This document shows, one piece after another, positions 59,086-64,000 of a stretch of DNA of 64,000 bases (its first letter is position 1; the number at the start of each line of letters is the position of its first letter). Where the stretch lies: positions 29,167 to 93,166 of the forward strand of contig CAYOAT010000003.1 of the NCBI GenBank assembly GCA_964402215.1, given 5' to 3'. The notes under the pieces are model-generated. The model was not told the DNA's origin. It worked only from the letters and a program-made list of their open reading frames with translations, and did not search any database. This DNA comes from an uncultured Candidatus Saccharibacteria bacterium (GTDB taxonomy: Bacteria; Patescibacteriota; Minisyncoccia; Phycocordibacterales; JAACPR01). The translations under genes and the position numbers were made by a program.

Positions 59086-60420
59086 TTAGTTAGAAACTTC
59101 TAAAGATTCAGAATCAGTATTATTGTTTTCTTTTTCTTCATCAACATCATCATCAGAATCTACTTCAATTCTAATGTTGTAATCACCCTCATCAGGGTTT
59201 TCAAATTCAACAGTTATTATTGTTGATTCTCCTGGTTCGAGTGAATCTTGATCTTTTGATTCATAATCATCTTCATCATCGTATGGTAAATTGGTGACTT
59301 TGAATTTCCAATCATCAGTATCTTCACCACCACGATTAACAACAACGAATTGTATTGCGGCATCATCATCTTCATCGATTTCATCATCTTCAATAAATTT
59401 TGAACCAGACATTCTGCCAACTTTGTAGTTTTCAATTTGTAAATCAGCATCATCATTTTCATCATAATCATTATCAACGCCGCTACCGTTTTCATCACCT
59501 TTAATGTTTATTGAAACGTTATTATTTGATTCAGAATTTTCTTTTATTTTATTGTTGGAATCAATAATAATAGTTGTTTTTCCTGCTGGAGTTCCTCCAT
59601 CAAATTTCAATGTGTATTTAATCGTATCTCCGGGTCGCAAGTTTGGTTGAGAAGGGGAATTTTCTGTTCCTTCTCCTGGTGTTGAGTAACTAAATATCCA
59701 ACTTCCTGAATCTTGTCCACCAATATTTCTAACAACAAATTGTACAGCTAGGTCGCCAGTAGGGTCAGCATTTATAATGGCCAAATCAGCAGGAATTTTT
59801 GGTAAAACAGGATTAGAAACTGGTTTATCGTCTGTAGAGTCATTTGTTTCGGCAGGAGTAACGTTTCCAGCAGAAATTGTTGCGCCAGCATTAGTACCAA
59901 TTGGAGTTGGATCTTTTGAATCCTGAACGGTAATGGTCGCCTGTCCACTTGCAACGATAGTATTATTTGAAGTTTCAATATAAGAAACCTCTAAAGGTAA
60001 ATCAATGAACGAATTTTCTTGATTGTAGCTAATACCAAGCTCAATGTTTTTGGCATTTTGTGGTAATGGATAACGTGTATTACATAAAACTGTTCTTTTG
60101 CCTGATTGTTCCGTTGCGGTAATTTTTAAATTATCAATACATTTATATGTTAAATAAAAAGCACCAATTTTTTCTGATTTGTAATCCCAATTAATAGAAA
60201 ATTTGTCTCCGTCTATTAGGCTAGGGTCATTCACGCTGACAGAAACCTCATTTTTCTTGAATGGGGAAGAGATTGCATCACCAACTGATGCAAATCCAGA
60301 AAACAACATCGGTAGAAACTTTATAATGGCAAAAGCCAAAATAAAGATCACGGCAATTATCGCGATTATGAATAAAACTCTCAAAACAATGTTTTTTGCT
60401 ATTGTCATAGGTATTTCCAA
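59086..60420 (-). CDS. Membrane-anchored secreted protein with two CARDB-like domains and acidic C-terminal tail
   Basis: N-terminal TM. Two repeats ...QFVV(R/V)N(I/R)GG(Q/E)D...W.F......PGD/ES..IT..F...G.Y.I.I..D typical of CARDB. Asp/Glu-rich tail. Confidence 0.5.
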   Translation of the reverse strand: MEIPMTIAKNIVLRVLFIIAIIAVIFILAFAIIKFLPMLFSGFASVGDAISSPFKKNEVSVSVNDPSLIDGDKFSINWDYKSEKIGAFYLTYKCIDNLKITATEQSGKRTVLCNTRYPLPQNAKNIELGISYNQENSFIDLPLEVSYIETSNNTIVASGQATITVQDSKDPTPIGTNAGATISAGNVTPAETNDSTDDKPVSNPVLPKIPADLAIINADPTGDLAVQFVVRNIGGQDSGSWIFSYSTPGEGTENSPSQPNLRPGDTIKYTLKFDGGTPAGKTTIIIDSNNKIKENSESNNNVSINIKGDENGSGVDNDYDENDDADLQIENYKVGRMSGSKFIEDDEIDEDDDAAIQFVVVNRGGEDTDDWKFKVTNLPYDDEDDYESKDQDSLEPGESTIITVEFENPDEGDYNIRIEVDSDDDVDEEKENNNTDSESLEVSN

Positions 60421-60548
60421 TATAATATCATATTTATACCCACCTTGTCAATAGTTAAATACTGGCCCAGTTAAAGGCTGATTTTGTGGCTTATGTGTAG
60501 CTTAAAACAATTGCGTTTCTACAATAAATGTAGTAATCTGTTTCTACT

Positions 60549-60703
60549 ATGTCACAAGACAACTTAATTCAATTAAAAAACAAGCAAACAGGCGAGGTTT
60601 ATTGGTCACGCAAGAATCGTAGAAAGGTTGAAAGAAAAATTGAACTTAAAAAATACAGCAAAAAGCTAAAGAAGATGGTTGTATTTAAGGAAGCAAAGAA
60701 ATA
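60549..60703 (+). pseudogene. rpmG: 50S ribosomal protein L33 gene, reading frame interrupted by a 1-nt deficit in an A-run (as sequenced)
   Basis: MSQDNLIQLKNKQTGEVYWSRKNRRKVERKIELKKYSK then frame hits TAA at ~60666. The downstream -1 frame encodes KLKKMVVFKEAKK*. Together these match L33 (IKL.S..TG.FY.T.KN.R...K.ELRKFDPVVRQHVIYKEAK). agcaaaagctaaag has A4 where A5 would restore the frame. Terminator at ~60711-60735. Confidence 0.5.
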
Positions 60704-60774
60704 AAGAAAAGCCGGCGAAATGCCGGTTTTTTGTTAGCGCAACAGCGTATAAATGTGATATATTAGTTTTTGAA

Positions 60775-60846
60775 GGGCCTATAGTTTCAATGGTAAAACG
60801 TCGGTCTCCAAAACCGTTGTTCCAGGTTCAAATCCTGGTGGGCCCG
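60775..60846 (+). tRNA. tRNA-Trp (anticodon CCA)
   Basis: GGGCCTA TA GTTT CAATGGTA AAAC G TCGGT CTCCAAA ACCGT TGTTC CAGGT TCAAATC CTGG(T) GGGCCC G. Confidence 0.8.
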
Positions 60847-60893
60847 CAGAATATTAATTGAGGTTGTTTTAAATTATATTTAATTTAATAAAT

Positions 60894-61943
60894 ATGAAAT
60901 CACCAGAATATATTGTGCACGGAACTAGTTCTGAGGTAGATGCCGGAAAAATAGAGCAAGAAAAGTTTAAAGCACAAGAAGGTCGGGCCACCATATCGAG
61001 TGATCTCATATATGCATTTGAATGGGCCACCCAAAAAGAACGTCGCGATGGAAGTAAAAGTGAAACAGAAGTTTCTAATAATGAAAGCGGTCGAATTATT
61101 ATTATGGAAAAACCGGATAATAAATCAATTAATTATGCTACTCACACTGATATTGAAATTAATGAGCAAGAAAAAGAAATTGTTGGTTATACATCAAAAT
61201 ATGAATCTGGCAGAAAACAACTGGCCATTTATAACGGTGACGACCCAATAGAAAGAAAAAAACAAATTGAACAAGCAAAGGATGAGCTAAAAAATATTGG
61301 TGAGCAGATGAAAAGTTTTTTAGAGGGAAATGATCTTGATCCAAGTAAAATTGATTCAATGGAACATTTATTAATTGCCATTAAAGCTTTTGATCTAGAT
61401 AAACAAATTAAAATTTTACGTGGAGTGGAGGAGCTGGCGTTGCAAATTGAGAACAAAAGGAAGACCGCTGAAATTGATATTTCAATTGAAAAAGAAAACA
61501 TTTTGATGAGTATTGTTGCTTCGGTAGAACTTGGTGAAAAATTAAGAGATTTATCGTCCAAAATCAAGAATCTAGAAAAAGTAGATTTGGATTTTTTTGC
61601 GGAACAAGTATCAAAAATTGTTAGGGAAAATAAAGATAATTATTTATCGAAGAATATTGATATTAAAAGTATTATTTCAGAATTATTAAAATCAACGATT
61701 GAAACTGAAATTATAAGCATGATGAGATCTCTGTCTTTAGATGTCCAGAGAGCAAGAGGTTTTTCCGTTTATAACAGAGAACGTAATGAAATTAAAGAGA
61801 AAGAAGTTAATAGAAATGAATTAAAACAAAGACTAGAAAAAATCAGAACAACTGTTTTTGATAATAATTTTGATACAGGCTTGGAAAGTATAAATAGATA
61901 TATACGAATTAATATTGAAAAACTAATAAAAGAATTAGAATAA
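60894..61943 (+). CDS. Hypothetical Lys/Glu-rich coiled-coil protein
   Basis: 349 aa. No motif recognised. Confidence 0.3.
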   Translation: MKSPEYIVHGTSSEVDAGKIEQEKFKAQEGRATISSDLIYAFEWATQKERRDGSKSETEVSNNESGRIIIMEKPDNKSINYATHTDIEINEQEKEIVGYTSKYESGRKQLAIYNGDDPIERKKQIEQAKDELKNIGEQMKSFLEGNDLDPSKIDSMEHLLIAIKAFDLDKQIKILRGVEELALQIENKRKTAEIDISIEKENILMSIVASVELGEKLRDLSSKIKNLEKVDLDFFAEQVSKIVRENKDNYLSKNIDIKSIISELLKSTIETEIISMMRSLSLDVQRARGFSVYNRERNEIKEKEVNRNELKQRLEKIRTTVFDNNFDTGLESINRYIRINIEKLIKELE

Positions 61944-61967
61944 AAGTTATTCTACGGATAGTGTATT

Positions 61968-62207
61968 CTAAAAATCTTCTAAATTTTCGTATTTGCTTTC
62001 GACAAGTTTTTTTACATCCTCAGCTTTTTGAATATCGTTGCGTGCTTCGGTTATAGTTGGTGTTCCTGTTTGTATGTCAAAATTATTATTTTCTGTATTA
62101 TGTATTTTTTGAGTTTTGTTTGAATATAAATAAAACCACATTGCAATTATTACCATAGTAATTAGGAGTCCGATCAATGTTAAGAATCCACTGGATTTAT
62201 TTTTCAT
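61968..62207 (-). CDS. Small membrane-anchored protein
   Basis: 79 aa. N-terminal KSSGFLTLIGLLITMVIIAMWF is pilin-like in shape but lacks Glu at +5. Confidence 0.3.
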   Translation of the reverse strand: MKNKSSGFLTLIGLLITMVIIAMWFYLYSNKTQKIHNTENNNFDIQTGTPTITEARNDIQKAEDVKKLVESKYENLEDF

Positions 62208-62647
62208 AATCTAATTATTTCGAAGTATCAATGAAATGGCAAATTAATTATATAAATGAATGTGGAAATAAAGAATTAAAGCCAAAAATTTGTCTGTTGA
62301 TCAATCACAAATAATGTGATAATCTCCTGTTTGGAAATAGTAAGCAAAACGGCTTATTATGTGTTATTTGGCACAAAATAAAAGGAAATGTACATGAAAA
62401 AACCGTGGGTATCAGTTCTAATCGGATCGGTTTTGTTGTTTGTTATCGCATTGCTTTATTTGTCGCCTAAAAATGGATGATTTGTGACTAAGTCTGTGAA
62501 GCCAGAATTGGTTCATCAGATGACACATATTCCGACCACTGGTTCAGATGACGATTCGGTGGTAAAGGCTAAACTTTTCTAGACGAACAGGGCCATGATG
62601 AAGAAATTCACCATGGTTTTTTTATTATTTATTTAGTAATCAAAATA

Positions 62648-63529
62648 TTAGAAATTAGCAACTAATTTTTCAGCTGGTTTAATTTTATTTTGCTCGATCC
62701 AAATAATTTTTTTGTCTTTTTTAAACCAAGTCATTTGACGTTTCGCATACTGATAAATTTTGTTTTTCAGTTCCTCAACCATTTCTTTGCGAGAAAGTTT
62801 ATTTTGCAAAAATAGAGAGATATATCTGTATTCAAGCCCTAACATTTCTAATCTTTTCCAAGAAAGACCATTTTCATGTAAATCGGAAACCTCTTTTATT
62901 AAACCTTTTTTAATTCGCGTAATGAGACGTTTTTCAATTCTTTCTTCTAATTTTTCCTTTGGCCAAGAAAGTCCAATTAGTAAACAGTCATATTTTGGGG
63001 CAGAAATAATTTCTGGTACTTTACCAATAGCAGTAGCGATTTCGATTGCTCGGATCAATCGAACTTTATTATTTACATCAATTTCAGCAAATCTTTTCTC
63101 ATCTAATTTCTTCAAAATGTTTTGTAACCAAACTAAATCAAGTTTTTCTAGTTTTTTTCTCAAGACTTTATTTTCTGGAACTTCCGGTAAAATAATTCCG
63201 TGAACAACAGATTGAATGTAAAATCCTGTTCCACCACAAATGATGGGTAATTTTTTGCGAGACAAAATCTCCGCAATTTTTTTCTCAGTTAATTTTTTAT
63301 AATCAGAAACAGAAAAAACTTTTTTTGGAGAAACTACGTCCAATAAATAATGGGGAATATCACACATTTCTTTTTTGGTAATTTTTCCACTTCCGATATC
63401 AAGTCCTTTATAGACTTGTCTTGAGTCAGCAGAAATGATCTCGCCATTAAATTTTTTTGCGAGCAAAACCGCTAAATCACTTTTACCGCTAGAAGTTGGG
63501 CCCAAAATAACAACAATTTTAGGTTTCAT
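62648..63529 (-). CDS. miaA: tRNA dimethylallyltransferase MiaA
   Basis: True start MKPKIVVILGPTSSGKSDLAV (P-loop). The ORF-track N-terminal extension to 63739 runs through the tRNA-Leu gene and is spurious. Confidence 0.85.
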   Translation of the reverse strand: MKPKIVVILGPTSSGKSDLAVLLAKKFNGEIISADSRQVYKGLDIGSGKITKKEMCDIPHYLLDVVSPKKVFSVSDYKKLTEKKIAEILSRKKLPIICGGTGFYIQSVVHGIILPEVPENKVLRKKLEKLDLVWLQNILKKLDEKRFAEIDVNNKVRLIRAIEIATAIGKVPEIISAPKYDCLLIGLSWPKEKLEERIEKRLITRIKKGLIKEVSDLHENGLSWKRLEMLGLEYRYISLFLQNKLSRKEMVEELKNKIYQYAKRQMTWFKKDKKIIWIEQNKIKPAEKLVANF

Positions 63530-63535
63530 AATTTG

Positions 63536-63618
63536 TGCCGAGAGAGGGACTCGAACCCTCACACCCAGAGGATACACGATTTTGAGTCGTGTGCGTCTAC
63601 CAATTCCGCCATCCCGGC
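63536..63618 (-). tRNA. tRNA-Leu (anticodon CAA)
   Basis: rc = GCCGGGA TG GCGG AATTGGTAGA CGC A CACGA CTCAAAA TCGTG + long variable arm + GGGTTCGAGTCCC TCTCGGC A. Confidence 0.85.
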
Positions 63619-63718
63619 ATGTTATCGCCAAAGTATTTACTATGCGAATAACACACAGCTTAATACTTTTTTTCGCTTTAATCAATTGACGAAGAGTGTT
63701 AAAATAAAAAACAAATTT

Positions 63719-64000
63719 ATGGAACCAGAGAACCCGCACGAAAAATCAGCTTTTCAAAATAACGCAGTTTTCTTTATTGAAGTTGATAAAGTTCATCCAA
63801 ACCCATATCAGCCAAGAAAAGAGTTTGATGTTGCACGTTTAAATGATTTGGCGAGCTCTATTAGAATGTATGGTGTTTTGCAACCGCTTGTTGTTACCAG
63901 AAAGGAAGTTATAAAAGAAGATGGCGGTATTACTACTGAATATGAATTGATTGCGGGCGAAAGACGTTTGCGGGCTTCAAAAATTGCCGGACTTCGTGAA
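63719..64000 (+). CDS. parB: Chromosome partitioning protein ParB (partial, 3' end beyond window)
   Basis: IEVDKVHPNPYQPRKEFD...LASSIRMYGVLQPLVVTRK...YELIAGERRLRASKIAGL: ParB N-terminal Box I/II. Confidence 0.8.
   Translation, partial: MEPENPHEKSAFQNNAVFFIEVDKVHPNPYQPRKEFDVARLNDLASSIRMYGVLQPLVVTRKEVIKEDGGITTEYELIAGERRLRASKIAGLRE

Noticed and set aside
60679-60861. 60-aa ORF overlapping tRNA-Trp
   Set aside because: It spans the L33 terminator hairpin and the whole tRNA. It is an open frame with no coding signal.
63530-63739. N-terminal 70-aa extension of the miaA ORF in the six-frame track
   Set aside because: The extension reads straight through the tRNA-Leu(CAA) gene. The conserved P-loop start MKPKIVVILGPTSSGKS at 63529 is the real start.
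1-64000. CRISPR array or cas genes
   Set aside because: I scanned for regularly spaced 25-40-bp direct repeats and found none. The only regular repeats are the coding LVIVD tandem units and the dispersed ~150-bp R-modules, which are irregularly spaced with genes between them.

Overview
This window reads as low-GC (~35% by eye), gene-dense bacterial chromosome on both strands. Several features point to a reduced-genome, CPR/Patescibacteria-like organism (my inference): highly conserved prepilin-type N-termini on multiple pilin paralogs, split transketolase, a class I FBA, a short PheS and short RF1. Housekeeping genes present: tmRNA+smpB, ftsH, recG, gatB, rpiB-rpe-tktN-tktC, a PfkB kinase, class I aldolase, L25, L31, prfA(RF1), rpsB-tsf, pheS-pheT, gyrB, miaA, the parB start, and tRNAs Ile(UAU)?, Ser(GCU), Thr(UGU), Trp(CCA), Leu(CAA). 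A complete type IV pilus assembly module (pilM-N-O-x-pilB-receiver-pilT-pilC) sits beside a divergent comFC. At least four pilin paralogs occur (partial at 1..289; 1045; 14714; 45808) with divergent C-terminal domains, one an LVIVD beta-propeller and one glycine-rich. Most unusual is a ~8 kb island (9.9-17.9 kb) abutting the tmRNA 3' end. There, eight copies of a ~150-bp conserved intergenic module precede unrelated small secreted or membrane protein genes, a secreted thermonuclease and a pilin-LVIVD adhesin. Other notable items: PheT carries an NlpC/P60 papain-like domain inserted in its B5 region, next to a standalone C39-like peptidase; an archaeal-type CDP-archaeol synthase (CarS/DUF46) homolog is present; a higher-GC block (4.5-9.9 kb) of minus-strand hypotheticals includes a Tat-signal protein, a lipoprotein and a perfect 21-bp palindromic operator; rpmG (L33) appears frameshifted in an A-run. 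No CRISPR array, integrase or transposase was recognised.
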